NCBI GenBank assembly: GCA_023388055.1
Contig: JAEWGW010000026.1
Location: 11,637 to 75,636, forward strand
Reading direction: 5' to 3'
Length of the DNA: 64,000 nt
Source: Bacillota bacterium
GTDB lineage: Bacteria; Bacillota; Bacilli; Paenibacillales; NBRC-103111
Part shown: positions 17,707 to 28,790 of the stretch, in pieces
Layout: each line of letters begins with the position of its first letter
Position numbering within the stretch: position 1 is the stretch's first letter
Notes under the pieces: model-generated
Seen by the model: the letters and a program-made list of their open reading frames with translations, nothing else
What the model was told of the DNA's origin: nothing
The model's database searches: none
Made by a program: the position numbers and the translations under genes

Positions 17707-18858
17707 TCACCACAGGTACAAATCATTGCCCTTCAGCTTAAGGAGGGCCTCCAGGAAATAATAGTCGCCGTAGATAATCGGATGGTGGTGCCGGTTCCGG
17801 AAATATGCCTCTGACCCGCGCAGCATGATGCTGTCATTTTCCTCCATCCAGTCACACCGGGGCTCCAGCGCGTGTAGGAGCTTCATCGCGGCGTTCAGAT
17901 ACACAGGACGCTCCGCCTCAGGCACAGCCTTGGCAATCTCGATGAGTCCACAGGCTGCAATGGCCGCTGCTGTATCGTCCTCCAGCACCGGCTCCGCAGG
18001 CTGCCGAAAGTCTACCGGAATGACCCCATTATCGGGGATATTGGCCATGAAATAATGGGCTACCTGTTTGGCGGTTTGCAGATAGTCGTCTTTCCCCGTG
18101 TGCTTGTAGCTCATCATGAAGCCATACAGCGCCCAGGTTTGACCCCGGGTCCAGGAGGAGCCTTCCCCGTAGCCTTGTCCCCCATAGGTCCGCATTACAC
18201 CGCCCTGGAACGGATCAAATTCTACAATGTGGTTCACCGATCCGTCGGGCCGCACAAAAGCGGTCAAGGCAGTGTCGGCATGGGCCATGGCAATCTGCTT
18301 GTACCGCGGGTCCCCGGTTTCCTCCGTGGCCCAATACAAGAGAGGGATATTGAACATACAGTCGATAATCGCCCAGCCCCGTGTATCCCCTTCGTCCAGA
18401 TCATTCCACGCGCGGATGAACCGTCCCGCCAGGTTGAACCGGCCTGCCAGCAGATTGGCGGCATGCAGCGCCCGTTTGCGGGATTCGGGATTTCCGGTAA
18501 CCCGGTAATGGGCTACGCTGGTGGGCAGCCACATAAAACCGACGTCATGGTGCAGCCCGTAGAATTCCTGGAACGCCCGGTCCAGATACCCTTCCGATAT
18601 CGCGGCGATTTCCGCATATTTGCCGTTGCCGGTTTCATGATGCATGAGCCACATCAGCCCGCCCCAGAAGCCGTTGGTCCACCAGCAGATGCCATCCGCC
18701 TCGGACCCGCTGGGATTCTCCGCCGCTCTGTCATCATGGGTTCCGTTAACGGACATATAGGGGGTTTTATGTTTCGACTTGTCACTCACCCAATTCAGCT
18801 TGGTTGTAAACTTGCGGATGACACTTTCCACCCATTGTTGGTCCTGCTTCTGCAGCAT
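17707..18858 (-). CDS. GH88 unsaturated glucuronyl hydrolase
   Basis: WTNGFW.G, HHDVGF, IIDCMFN, GQG...SSWTRGQ.W, YGDYYFLE; alternative GTG start 18867. Confidence 0.92.
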   Translation of the reverse strand: MLQKQDQQWVESVIRKFTTKLNWVSDKSKHKTPYMSVNGTHDDRAAENPSGSEADGICWWTNGFWGGLMWLMHHETGNGKYAEIAAISEGYLDRAFQEFYGLHHDVGFMWLPTSVAHYRVTGNPESRKRALHAANLLAGRFNLAGRFIRAWNDLDEGDTRGWAIIDCMFNIPLLYWATEETGDPRYKQIAMAHADTALTAFVRPDGSVNHIVEFDPFQGGVMRTYGGQGYGEGSSWTRGQTWALYGFMMSYKHTGKDDYLQTAKQVAHYFMANIPDNGVIPVDFRQPAEPVLEDDTAAAIAACGLIEIAKAVPEAERPVYLNAAMKLLHALEPRCDWMEENDSIMLRGSEAYFRNRHHHPIIYGDYYFLEALLKLKGNDLYLW

Positions 18859-19140
18859 GGTATGCACCCTACCTTCTCTATATTTACGTGTTTGCCCTCA
18901 TTCTAGTGTACGGAGGCACCGCTTGGAATGAGGTTTTTGCAGAGAAAACCGTTCTTTTTTAAGATAATAGCCGTGGGCTTATATGAAAAAGGGTGAAAAT
19001 GTCATGATCGGTCCATTTTTTCAGGGTGATGAAAAATCGGGGGGATCATCAGAAAACATGCCTATCGCTTCCCCGGTTTCCGGTATACACTGGCTGAACA
19101 AACCGCCGGTCTATCAGTACCGGCAAGAAGAAATGGAAGG

Positions 19141-22100
19141 ATGGGCCAACCGGATATGACGAATAAATCGGCACACGCAGATCAGCTGCTAGCTTGGATA
19201 GAAGAGGCCCGCAGCCTGCTGGACAGGCAGAGCCGTTATTATACCGAAGGAGCCAAAGCGGCGCTGTTGGATATGGTTCAATTGGCGGAGGAGGCCTTGG
19301 CGGGCAAGGAGGTTCCTTTCATCCGCAACCGGGAATTTTACCGGCCCCGGGAGGACGAAGCAGTGCGTTTCGCCGCAGAGCGCTTCACCATGGTTCCGCC
19401 ATTTCCGGAGAAGGGCATGGTTTACTCCAGCTATGGCTTGAAGCAGGCGCTGATGTGGTTTGAAGGGCAGGATATGAGGGCAGGCGGAATACAGAAGCTG
19501 AAGGAAAGGGCTGCCCTTGCATTGGATAAAAGCAGGGAGCTGCTGACGGCTGCCAAACCTGGCCGGGAGCCAGGCTGTTACAGTGAAGAGGCTATCCAAG
19601 GGCTCAAGGCAGCGTGCATAAAGCTGGATGAGGCGCTTGGCGGATACGGGGAGGACAGCGGTAATGGAGAAGACGGGATAGCATTAGCGGTGGTGGCCTG
19701 CTTCAATGCCCTGCGGGAGCTTCGCCATTCCCGGCTGCTGCGCACAGATGTGGACCCGGAGGCATCGCTATATCTGTCTCCAGAGGGACTGAAACAGGTG
19801 AAGGCCACCATTGCATCGGACTTGCTGGTCCGGGAGCAGTATAACAGGATCGCCGCCATTGCCGCCCAATACAGCGAAGAGGAGATCCGCCGGGCCACCT
19901 CCCTGATTATGAACAGCCGCCATGATTACACGGAGCTGAACCGGTATTTTTATCTGTGGAGCTCAACGGACAAAATCGCCAACTTCAAAGCACCGGAGCG
20001 GGCGGCGGCGGTTTCCGTTTCCTTCGTGCTGCCGTCGGAGGAGAATGAGCAGGAGGGGCTAGGCCATGTATGGATCGATAATCTGGAAATCCTGTCCGCC
20101 AGCGGGGGCAGTCTCCCCATTCCCAATGGAAGCTTCGACGAAGGCGGCGGAGAAGGCCCGCTCCATTGGCGGCCCGAAGCGCGCAAGGGCAGTCCCGTCC
20201 TGAAATGGGAGGATCAATACCCCTTCTGCGGAGGGGGAGAACGGAGCCGGCCGGAAACAGCTAACCTCTCCTCCCAGGTCCAAACCCGGTATCAGGAGGG
20301 GACAACCAGACACTCCTTGTACATTTGCAACCCCACCGGCCATGATGAGGGGGCATGGACCTGTACCCGGACTGTCCCAGTTGCGGAGGGAGGAGCGTAC
20401 ACCGTAACCTTTCAGGCCAAGCTGGACGGCAAGCTGAAATCCGGCTTGAAGGCGGTTCTGACATTTCTGGATACAGCCGGCCAGCCCGTTGGCCGATTCG
20501 AATACAGCTTCAACCGCAAATCCTCCATTCCCGGCGGGCGGTTTCTCCTGCCTATGCAGTGCGACGCCATCCAGTATGTGATGACGGGGGACCAGTCCTA
20601 TGCCCGTAAGGTGAAGGACCAGCTGCTGTTTATGTTCAATGACTTCTGCCAAGGGGCGGAGCATTGGCTGGCCACCAATTTGCGTCCCGAGGGCAATGAC
20701 AGCTATGGTGCGGTGCAAGGAGGAAGGATGCTTTCGGCAGCGGCGGTCAGCTATTCCCTTATCCGCGGCGCGGGTGTGTTTTCCCGAGAGGAAAAAGATC
20801 GCTTCTACCGCATGACCGGTTATTTGCTCCGGTACATGCTGGATATGCGTGACCGTACAGAATGGATGCCTCATGATGCCCAGGAGGGCTGCAGCAACTG
20901 GCAGACGGATATGTGTGCGGGAACGGGCTTTATGATGATGGCGCTGACGGACTTTCCCAACCGGCATACCTGGCTCCAGAATGCCCATTGCATTTTGAAG
21001 GCGCAGCTGGAGCTGAATGTGAACCCAGATTCCTCCTGGCCGGAATCCATTCGTTACCATCATGCGGCACTGGAACGTTTCGCAGGGTATGCCAAGGCTG
21101 CGGATCATGTGCTGGGAGAAAATTGGTTCTCCGATACGCCGCTGCTGCGGATGTTTGGCTACAGCGCCTCGGTGCAGACCCCGGGATACCGCTATTTTGA
21201 CGGAAGGATCGGCACACCGCCCTTTGGCGATCATGCATTAAGCGGGGGAGGGGAATTCGGCTTTTTTGCCGCCTATCTGGCGGATGTGGCCAAAATTGAT
21301 GTCCCATTGGCCGATCTGATGTACCACACCTGGGCAGCGGCAGGAAAACCCTTCAAGAGGCTGTGGGGGGAGAGCATTGCCCTGGAGAATATCCTGGGAC
21401 AAGGGGATACCTACAGGCCCACAGGACCGTTGGTTCTGGGCTCCACCACCGCCTTTCCCGATGCAGGTATCCATGTATTCCGCAAAGGCCACGGCACCGG
21501 CAAGGAAAGCTACTTCGCCGTGATGTCCAGTCCGCAGCCGGTGGGCCACGGCCACCTGGACCAGGGGTCTTTTATCCTCTACAAGGATTCTGTGCCTCTG
21601 GTGATGGATTCCGGGATTGAGGGGTATTTTGACAGCAGCACCCAGTGGCATATCTCCTCGTATTCCCATGCTTGCCTGCAGTTTGCTACGGAACAAACGG
21701 TGATTCCGAAGCCTGTGGGAGACGCCATCAACTTGACGGCAGGCACCTACAGTCTGGAGCGGGGCTGGGTGGATGTGCCGCGGGTGAGCAGGGTGCTTGG
21801 AACGGTGCTTTGCGGAGATGCGGAGAGCATCACCATCGAAATTGCCAACCCCGAAGGGACAGGGCGGCATATCCGCCATATCCTGTGGCTGAAGGAGCCG
21901 GACCTGTATATGATCCGCGATACGGTGAGGGATTTTTCCGGCCGGGTGCTGTTCAGTCTTCCTGTTGCCTCCAGGCAACCTGTTATCGAAGGCAGCCGGG
22001 TTTATTCAGAAGGAGCATATGGCGTGGATCTGGAGACCGTGTTCCTGTCTCCTCTTGAATCGCTTCGTCTGGAGCAAGGGCGTGCAACTCCCTTCTTCGG

Positions 22101-22326
22101 TAATCCGGCAGACCCCGTCTCCATGATGGATTATATCCGGGCAGAGGCCGATGCGGCGGCAGGCTTTTTGACGGTCCTGTATCCCAAAGAAAAGGACCGG
22201 CGGAAGCTTCTGGTACAAAAAGAACGGGACGGCACCCTGCTTCTCCGTACGGAAAGCTATTCCGTCGGAATCAATGCTACATCGCACCCTTACGGCCTTG
22301 CCGTACTCCGTCAGGAGCAGCTATAG
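19141..22326 (+). CDS. Heparinase II/III-type polysaccharide lyase (cytoplasmic, multidomain)
   Basis: YVMTGD..YA, NWQ, WPESIRYH, PFGD, GHGHLDQGSF motifs; no signal peptide. Confidence 0.82.
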   Translation: MGQPDMTNKSAHADQLLAWIEEARSLLDRQSRYYTEGAKAALLDMVQLAEEALAGKEVPFIRNREFYRPREDEAVRFAAERFTMVPPFPEKGMVYSSYGLKQALMWFEGQDMRAGGIQKLKERAALALDKSRELLTAAKPGREPGCYSEEAIQGLKAACIKLDEALGGYGEDSGNGEDGIALAVVACFNALRELRHSRLLRTDVDPEASLYLSPEGLKQVKATIASDLLVREQYNRIAAIAAQYSEEEIRRATSLIMNSRHDYTELNRYFYLWSSTDKIANFKAPERAAAVSVSFVLPSEENEQEGLGHVWIDNLEILSASGGSLPIPNGSFDEGGGEGPLHWRPEARKGSPVLKWEDQYPFCGGGERSRPETANLSSQVQTRYQEGTTRHSLYICNPTGHDEGAWTCTRTVPVAEGGAYTVTFQAKLDGKLKSGLKAVLTFLDTAGQPVGRFEYSFNRKSSIPGGRFLLPMQCDAIQYVMTGDQSYARKVKDQLLFMFNDFCQGAEHWLATNLRPEGNDSYGAVQGGRMLSAAAVSYSLIRGAGVFSREEKDRFYRMTGYLLRYMLDMRDRTEWMPHDAQEGCSNWQTDMCAGTGFMMMALTDFPNRHTWLQNAHCILKAQLELNVNPDSSWPESIRYHHAALERFAGYAKAADHVLGENWFSDTPLLRMFGYSASVQTPGYRYFDGRIGTPPFGDHALSGGGEFGFFAAYLADVAKIDVPLADLMYHTWAAAGKPFKRLWGESIALENILGQGDTYRPTGPLVLGSTTAFPDAGIHVFRKGHGTGKESYFAVMSSPQPVGHGHLDQGSFILYKDSVPLVMDSGIEGYFDSSTQWHISSYSHACLQFATEQTVIPKPVGDAINLTAGTYSLERGWVDVPRVSRVLGTVLCGDAESITIEIANPEGTGRHIRHILWLKEPDLYMIRDTVRDFSGRVLFSLPVASRQPVIEGSRVYSEGAYGVDLETVFLSPLESLRLEQGRATPFFGNPADPVSMMDYIRAEADAAAGFLTVLYPKEKDRRKLLVQKERDGTLLLRTESYSVGINATSHPYGLAVLRQEQL

Positions 22327-22403
22327 CTGCAGGTATACAGTCTTAACAGGGATCCATACAGGCATGAGGCTCCGGGCTTCATGCCTGCTTCCCGTTATTC
22401 TCT

Positions 22404-22466
22404 TAAAAAACCGCATCATAAACATAAAAAACCGCATACCAAAGCCGGTCCCGGTTTTTTTATAAT
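22404..22466 (+). promoter_or_regulatory. Perfect 13-bp direct repeat (21-bp pitch) plus -10; likely AraC-type activator site
   Basis: TAAAAAACCGCAT at 22404 and 22425; TATAAT at 22461. Confidence 0.75.
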
Positions 22467-22496
22467 GAAAGTTACCCTTTGTCTATGGAGGAGCCG

Positions 22497-24812
22497 ATGA
22501 AAGCCATCAAGACCTTTTTAATGGAAAAAAAGCTGCTGATCCGCCTGATTCTGTCCTATCTGGCCGTAGGTTTGTTAATCATCGGGGGGCTGACCCTCGT
22601 GATCACCTCCAAGGTATCGGATAACCTGAAGGAGGAGCTGACGGCGTCCACCGACCGGGCCATTGAGCAGTCCTACAATACGGCTGATATTCTGCTCAGC
22701 TTCACCTACCGCCATTTCGCCAATGCTTATTCCTCTGCGGATATCCAGGCGGGGTTCTACAGCAGTGAGTTCGATACGGCGCTGATGGGACGGATCGGGG
22801 CCAAGTTATCCGATCTGGCTGTCACCAATCCGATGGTGCATTCCGTATACGTGGTGAATCCCAATCAGAGGCTGGTATTCTCCTCGTTGACCACGGTCCG
22901 GACCTTCGAGGAATTTTATGACCAGAAGATGCTGGAGCTTCTGGCGAATCCAATGGTGTATACAGGAAGCATCTTTATCCCGCGTAAAACAGAGTTTGTG
23001 TACGATACCAAGGTGTTCTCCGGGAATCTGATCTCCGTGGCGTATATGAGCACGCGGGATGACCGGGCGATCAGCGGAGCCATGGTGCTGAACCTCGACC
23101 AGCAGATTCTCCAGAATCTGGTGATGAACGGAACGGATAACGGAACCAAATCCTACCAGTCCATGATCCTCAACCGCCAGGGTACGGTGATTTCCCATAC
23201 AGACAGCAGTTTGATGTTTGCCGATGTATCGGATAATGAAGCCATCCGGAGGATCTTGGCTTCATCCAGTAACAAGGGGAGCATTGAAACGGTGTTTAAG
23301 GGAGAGAAGCACCGTTATTCCTATCTGAAATCCGACAGCCTGGGCTGGGTATTCGTAGGCGATGTCAACTACGGCACTCTTTTGCAAAAGGTGAACGATA
23401 TGAAGCGGTTTATCCTCACGGCAACCGCCATCATGCTGGTGCTGACCCTGCTGTTCGGCATCTTCTTCATCCGTCTGATCTATAGCCCCATCCACCGGCT
23501 GGTCCAAAATGTCACCCGTGCAGAGCTGGGGGGAGCAGGTCTGCGCTCGGGAAGCGAATACGATCTCCTGTCCGGCACCTTCCGCTATCTGGAGCGCCGG
23601 GTGCAGGATCTGCAGACCAGCATGGCCGGTTACCAATACACGGAGCGGAGGGAGGCGCTGCGGCAGCTGACTCTGGGCGGCTGGAACGAAACAGAGCTTG
23701 CCCGCAAGCTGTCCCGGGCCGGAATCCTGTTCCGGGAGCCGGGTTTCCAGGTAGCCCTGCTGCGGCTGGACTCCTATGATGAATGGGCCGGACCTTACAG
23801 CCCCAACGACATTTCCCTGTTGAAATATGCCATTACCAATATCGCCGATGAGCTTGGGGCCAAGCGGTTTCCCACCTACAGCTTTGACGGCGGGGAGGAC
23901 CAGGTGGTGGTTCTATTCAACAAGCCTGAGGGTATGGAGCCGGAGCTGCTACATATTCTCCGGGATATCCAGGAGAATGCGGAGCATTATCTGAAGCTGT
24001 CCCTGTCGGTGGCCATGGGCAGCTATGCCAGAGGATTCCAGGAGGTGCCGGGTTCCTGGCAGACTGCTCTGAACGGCTCCCGCTACCGGATGGTGCTGGG
24101 CCCGCGAAGCCTCATTCCTGCGGATATGGAGGAAAGCCGTGAATCCGTCCCGGACAATGTGTTCACCGGACTGGAGAAGCAGATCACTGACTATATGAAG
24201 CTGGGCGATCTGTCCCGGACCACTGCGGCGCTGGAGGAATATATGACGGTGCTGGGCAGAATTTCTTATGATGAGATGATGCTTTTATTGAACCAGCTGC
24301 TGTTTGCCGTCTCCCGCACGGCCAAGGCTATGGCCGCTGCCACGGATGCAGGCGGTTTCCGGCCGGATATCGGGGCGCTGGGCCAGCAATTGTACAAGTT
24401 CGAAACCCTTGACCAAATCCGGGAATGGCTGGCCGCTTTATGCGAATCCGCCATCAGTGTAAGGGACAAACAATCCTCCCAGAAAAATTGGGCCATTGTG
24501 GAGAAGCTGAAGGAACGTATTCATGAGCAGTATGCCGACAGCAATCTGACCGTGGACGCACTGGCGGAATTCGGGGGGCTTTCGGTCAATTACATGCGGA
24601 AGGTTTTTAAGGATATTGAGGGCATCTCCATCAATCAGTATCTGACGGAATACCGCTTCGAGAAGGCCAAATCCCTGCTTCTTGGAACTGATCTGCCTGC
24701 CAACCGGATCGGCGAGATGGTGGGCTTCGAAAACACCAAGTATTTTTACTTTTCCTTCAAAAAATTCAGCGGCAAAACACCGGACCACTTCCGCAAAAGC
24801 AGCGGGGAATAA
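22497..24812 (+). CDS. YesS-like membrane-anchored AraC regulator
   Basis: Two TM segments flanking a Cache-like sensor region; C-terminal AraC HTH (VGFENTKYF..FKK..GKTP); RBS GGAGGA. Confidence 0.9.
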   Translation: MKAIKTFLMEKKLLIRLILSYLAVGLLIIGGLTLVITSKVSDNLKEELTASTDRAIEQSYNTADILLSFTYRHFANAYSSADIQAGFYSSEFDTALMGRIGAKLSDLAVTNPMVHSVYVVNPNQRLVFSSLTTVRTFEEFYDQKMLELLANPMVYTGSIFIPRKTEFVYDTKVFSGNLISVAYMSTRDDRAISGAMVLNLDQQILQNLVMNGTDNGTKSYQSMILNRQGTVISHTDSSLMFADVSDNEAIRRILASSSNKGSIETVFKGEKHRYSYLKSDSLGWVFVGDVNYGTLLQKVNDMKRFILTATAIMLVLTLLFGIFFIRLIYSPIHRLVQNVTRAELGGAGLRSGSEYDLLSGTFRYLERRVQDLQTSMAGYQYTERREALRQLTLGGWNETELARKLSRAGILFREPGFQVALLRLDSYDEWAGPYSPNDISLLKYAITNIADELGAKRFPTYSFDGGEDQVVVLFNKPEGMEPELLHILRDIQENAEHYLKLSLSVAMGSYARGFQEVPGSWQTALNGSRYRMVLGPRSLIPADMEESRESVPDNVFTGLEKQITDYMKLGDLSRTTAALEEYMTVLGRISYDEMMLLLNQLLFAVSRTAKAMAAATDAGGFRPDIGALGQQLYKFETLDQIREWLAALCESAISVRDKQSSQKNWAIVEKLKERIHEQYADSNLTVDALAEFGGLSVNYMRKVFKDIEGISINQYLTEYRFEKAKSLLLGTDLPANRIGEMVGFENTKYFYFSFKKFSGKTPDHFRKSSGE

Positions 24813-24834
24813 ACCGGCCGTCTGCCTCTGCCGG

Positions 24835-24875
24835 AGACTTTCCCCTTGTTGCTACGGGCGGGAAAGTCTTTTTTT
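24835..24875 (+). terminator. Intrinsic terminator
   Basis: AGACTTTCCC...GGGAAAGTCT followed by a T run. Confidence 0.8.
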
Positions 24876-25019
24876 GAACCGATTGTTACTTTTTGAACCC
24901 TCTGCGGAGCGGAAGAACGGGATTTTTGCATGGATTTTGGGCTACCCCGGGGAGCAGGCAGTTGCGTATAGTTAGGCCACGGGAACGAAGCAAGAGGCAA
25001 CCCTTAAAGGAGGATCAGA

Positions 25020-26000
25020 ATGAGTGAAACCGCTGTAACCCCGCTTGGGCGGGTTTCTCCGACCAAGATAAAGAAACGGAGAGGGCTGGCTGCTTTTTTT
25101 CATGAGCTTGCCCGAAACAAATTTCTCTACTTCCTGGCTTTGCCGGGCATGATATGGTTCTTTGTATTTGCCTATCTGCCCATGGGCGGCATCGTTATTG
25201 CCTTCCAGGATTTCAAGGCCATGAAGGGCATCACGGGCAGCAAGTTTGTCGGACTGAAAAACTTCCAGTTTTTCTTCCAGTCCGACGACTGGATCCGGAT
25301 CGTCACCAACACGGTTTTTCTGAACGTGCTGTTTATTGCCTTCAATACCTTTACCGCTGTGTGCATCGCCATCATGGTGACTGAGCTTAGCGGCAAGTGG
25401 TTCAAGAAAATCACCCAATCGGTGATGATTTTTCCCCACTTTCTTTCCTGGACCGTCGTCGCCATGTTTATCACCGCATTTGTAGCTACGGATGGGGGCT
25501 TCATTAACCAGATTCTAGCTGTGTTCGGTCTGGGTCCGGTCCAGTTTCTGGCCTCTCCGCAATATTGGCCGGTCATCCTGGTGCTGTTGAAGGTATGGCA
25601 TGGAGCAGGCTTCGGTTCCATCGTGTACATGGCTACGATTTCGGGCATCAACCCGGATATTTATGAGTCCGCCTCCATTGACGGCGCCACCCGGCTCCAG
25701 AAAATCCGCTTCATCACCCTTCCGCTGCTGAAGCCAACGATTATCCTGCTTCTGATTCTGGCGGTGGGCGGAATCTTCAACGGGGACTTCGGTATGATCT
25801 ATGCCATTATCGGCCGGAATCCTGCCCTGTATCCGACCACGGATGTCATCGACACCTATCTGTTTCGCGCCATGATGGACCTGGGGGACATGAGCATGTC
25901 CGCGGCCATCGGCTTTATGCAATCCGTTGTTGGTTTTACCCTGGTGGTCACCGTGAACTACATCGCCAAAAAGGTTGCCCCTGAATCCGCCATCTTCTAA
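25020..26000 (+). CDS. Oligosaccharide ABC permease (LplB type)
   Basis: YLPM.G..IAF, FPHFLSW, YESASIDGA EAA loop. Confidence 0.93.
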   Translation: MSETAVTPLGRVSPTKIKKRRGLAAFFHELARNKFLYFLALPGMIWFFVFAYLPMGGIVIAFQDFKAMKGITGSKFVGLKNFQFFFQSDDWIRIVTNTVFLNVLFIAFNTFTAVCIAIMVTELSGKWFKKITQSVMIFPHFLSWTVVAMFITAFVATDGGFINQILAVFGLGPVQFLASPQYWPVILVLLKVWHGAGFGSIVYMATISGINPDIYESASIDGATRLQKIRFITLPLLKPTIILLLILAVGGIFNGDFGMIYAIIGRNPALYPTTDVIDTYLFRAMMDLGDMSMSAAIGFMQSVVGFTLVVTVNYIAKKVAPESAIF

Positions 26001-26016
26001 GGAAAGGAACCCTGCC

Positions 26017-26898
26017 ATGATCAAGGAAAGCCTGTCGGACCGCCTGTTGAAGGGTCTGTTTTATATCCTCCTGGCCGTATTCGCGGTCTATTGCCTGATG
26101 CCCTTCTGGTCGGTGGTGGCCAGCTCGTTCTCCAGCGAAGCGTCGATCCTGAAGAACGGCTACATGTTCTGGCCCTCCGACTTCAGTCTGGAAGCCTATA
26201 AGCTCATCTTCGAGGACAATACCATCTACCGCGCTTATGGGGTTACGACCTTCATCACCCTGGCGGGAACCGGCATGTCCATGGTGCTGACCAGCGCCTT
26301 GGCTTATGCCTTATCGGTGAAGTCTGTGAAATACCGGAACAAAATTGCCTTCTATGTTTACTTCACCATGCTGTTCCACGGGGGATTGGTGGCGTCGTAC
26401 CTGCTGATCTCCAAGTATCTGGATATGAAGGACACCATCTGGGTTCTGATCATTCCCAGCATGCTGAGTGCGTGGAACATGTTCCTGCTGCGGAATTTCT
26501 TCGCTTCCATCGATGAATCCATTGCCGAGTCAGCCAAAATCGACGGGGCCAATGACGCCTACATCCTGTTTCGCATCATTCTGCCCATTTCCCTGCCGGC
26601 CATGGCCACCATCGGGCTGTTCTACGCATTAAGCTACTGGAACAAGTGGTTTGATGCCATGCTGTATATCAACGATAAAAATCTCTATCCGCTGCAATAT
26701 CTGATTCAGCGGATCATGACCAACCTGGATTACATCAACGCCATTTCGGCAGATGTGAATATTCCCAACTTCATTCCACCGGCCTTGACCGTACGGCTTG
26801 CTACCACCGTGGTCACCATCGGGCCTATCGTGTTTTTGTATCCGTTCCTGCAGAAGTATTTTGTCAAAGGTTTAATGGTAGGCGCAGTAAAAGGCTGA
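26017..26898 (+). CDS. Oligosaccharide ABC permease (LplC type)
   Basis: ESAKIDGA, YWNKWF, YPFLQKYFVKG...GAVKG. Confidence 0.93.
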   Translation: MIKESLSDRLLKGLFYILLAVFAVYCLMPFWSVVASSFSSEASILKNGYMFWPSDFSLEAYKLIFEDNTIYRAYGVTTFITLAGTGMSMVLTSALAYALSVKSVKYRNKIAFYVYFTMLFHGGLVASYLLISKYLDMKDTIWVLIIPSMLSAWNMFLLRNFFASIDESIAESAKIDGANDAYILFRIILPISLPAMATIGLFYALSYWNKWFDAMLYINDKNLYPLQYLIQRIMTNLDYINAISADVNIPNFIPPALTVRLATTVVTIGPIVFLYPFLQKYFVKGLMVGAVKG

Positions 26899-27102
26899 TA
26901 CCGTGTAAGTGTTCATCTGGTGAAAATGGTTAACCCATATCCAAAAGATGATTGGGAGGGAAAAAGCGACTTGAGAGCATCCAAGGCGCTTTTCCCGGTA
27001 AGTCATATATCAAACGGGTATTGATTTATCTTGATTTTTCACGGGGTGAACTTCTGAAGCGGATTAGTATATACAAGCTCAAAATGAAAAGGGAGGATCA
27101 CC

Positions 27103-28710
27103 ATGAACGTTAAACGTATGGCTACCGCAGTTTTGTCCGTTGCCCTGCTGGGAACGGCAGCCGCTTGTGGAGACAGCAGCAAGGACACCGCAAGCAGCCC
27201 CGGCGCATCCGCAGGCTCCGCCGCTTCCACACCCCCGGCGGTGACATTGAAGGGGATGCTGTTCGGAGATGCCCCCAAGGATATGGCTGCGGTACTGACC
27301 GAATTCGAAGCCCGCACCAAGAACACGCTGAACACCAAGCTGGACATCCAGTGGAACCCCATCAATGACCACAAGCAGAAGGTCAAGCTCATGATGGCTG
27401 CAGGCGAGTCGGCAGATTTTGTGTTCGATGCCGAATTTGCCAACCTGAAGGAGCTGGTTCCCCAAGGAGCCTATGCCCAACTGGACAAATATTTTAACAA
27501 TGACGCCTATCCGGGTCTCAAAAAAGCCTTTACGCCGGAATTTATTGAGGCTAATAAGCGTTATGACAATCATCTCTACACCATTCCCTTCACCCAGTAT
27601 TTCTACGATATCGACGTAATCTATATCCGGAAGGACCTTCGTGAGAAATTCGGTCTTTCGCCCGTCAAGAGCTACGAGGATCTGCAGAAGTATTATGATA
27701 CCGTGCTGGAAAAGGAAAAGGGCATGACGCCTCTTGCTTTGGGCGGCTCCCGCGGGTTTTATAAGATCTTCGGCGGCATGAATCCGGAGAACAATACCGT
27801 CCGCCCAGTGGGCATTGCCGGTGTGAACTTCTTCGTCCAGTTGTCCGATGACCTGAAGACCGTCAAGGACGTGGTGGCCTTCGGCGACGCGGATTCCGAA
27901 TACGGCAAGCTTCCTGCCCCGTACAACACGCTGAGAACCGCGCACCCGGACCATGACAAGTATGCCGAGTGGAGCAAGTACCTGGAGAAGGACGTGCTGA
28001 GCCAGAAGGATGCCAAGGCCTACTTTATGTCCGGCAAGGCCGCTTCTTATGAAGGCACTATCTCCAGCTTCGCAGCCGACCGCAAAAAGCTGCAGGACAC
28101 CAATTCCGCAGCCGATCTGGAATTCTTCGTATATAACGCCAATGTGCGCGACATGAAAACCAAGGCGATCAGCACCAATTACAAGTCCAATAACAGTGTG
28201 GCGATTCCCGCCAACTCCAAGAATATCGACCGCACCATGAAATTCTTCGACTGGCTGTTCAGCGAACGGGCCAACCATGATTTGTTGGAATACGGCATTG
28301 AGGGCAAACACTGGCAGGCGGTAGGCGACAATCAGGTAAAGCTGCTGGATGAGTCCAAAAACTACACCTTCCCGGGGTATGAATTAACCTGGAACCCCAA
28401 CATGATCCGCATCAACGAATCCCTGGACGAAACAGCCAAGAAGTATCTGGAATATTCGGCCAAGGCGGATACCTATTATTCCCCGCCCCTTGCCAAGTTC
28501 ACCTTCGACAATACCAATGTGAAATCCGAATTTGCCAACATCAACTCCAAGTTTACACCGTTCCTGCAGATGCTGAAGGTTGGACAGTATAAGGACTGGA
28601 CAGCGGATGCGGTGAAAATGAACGGAGAATTGAAAGCGCTTGGCCTGGATAAGGTCCGCGCAGAATTGAAGAAGCAGGTGCAGGATTACCTGGACAAGGG
28701 CGGCAAGTAA
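27103..28710 (+). CDS. Oligosaccharide-binding lipoprotein
   Basis: Lipobox AAAC, Ser/Ala linker, IRKDLREK, YGIEGKHW. Confidence 0.92.
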   Translation: MNVKRMATAVLSVALLGTAAACGDSSKDTASSPGASAGSAASTPPAVTLKGMLFGDAPKDMAAVLTEFEARTKNTLNTKLDIQWNPINDHKQKVKLMMAAGESADFVFDAEFANLKELVPQGAYAQLDKYFNNDAYPGLKKAFTPEFIEANKRYDNHLYTIPFTQYFYDIDVIYIRKDLREKFGLSPVKSYEDLQKYYDTVLEKEKGMTPLALGGSRGFYKIFGGMNPENNTVRPVGIAGVNFFVQLSDDLKTVKDVVAFGDADSEYGKLPAPYNTLRTAHPDHDKYAEWSKYLEKDVLSQKDAKAYFMSGKAASYEGTISSFAADRKKLQDTNSAADLEFFVYNANVRDMKTKAISTNYKSNNSVAIPANSKNIDRTMKFFDWLFSERANHDLLEYGIEGKHWQAVGDNQVKLLDESKNYTFPGYELTWNPNMIRINESLDETAKKYLEYSAKADTYYSPPLAKFTFDNTNVKSEFANINSKFTPFLQMLKVGQYKDWTADAVKMNGELKALGLDKVRAELKKQVQDYLDKGGK

Positions 28711-28790
28711 GGGAAGCCCCATGAACCGGCGGTGCGGAGCTGTACTCCCGCCGCCGGTTTTGCCACATCTGTAGAGAGGGAGCGGATAAG

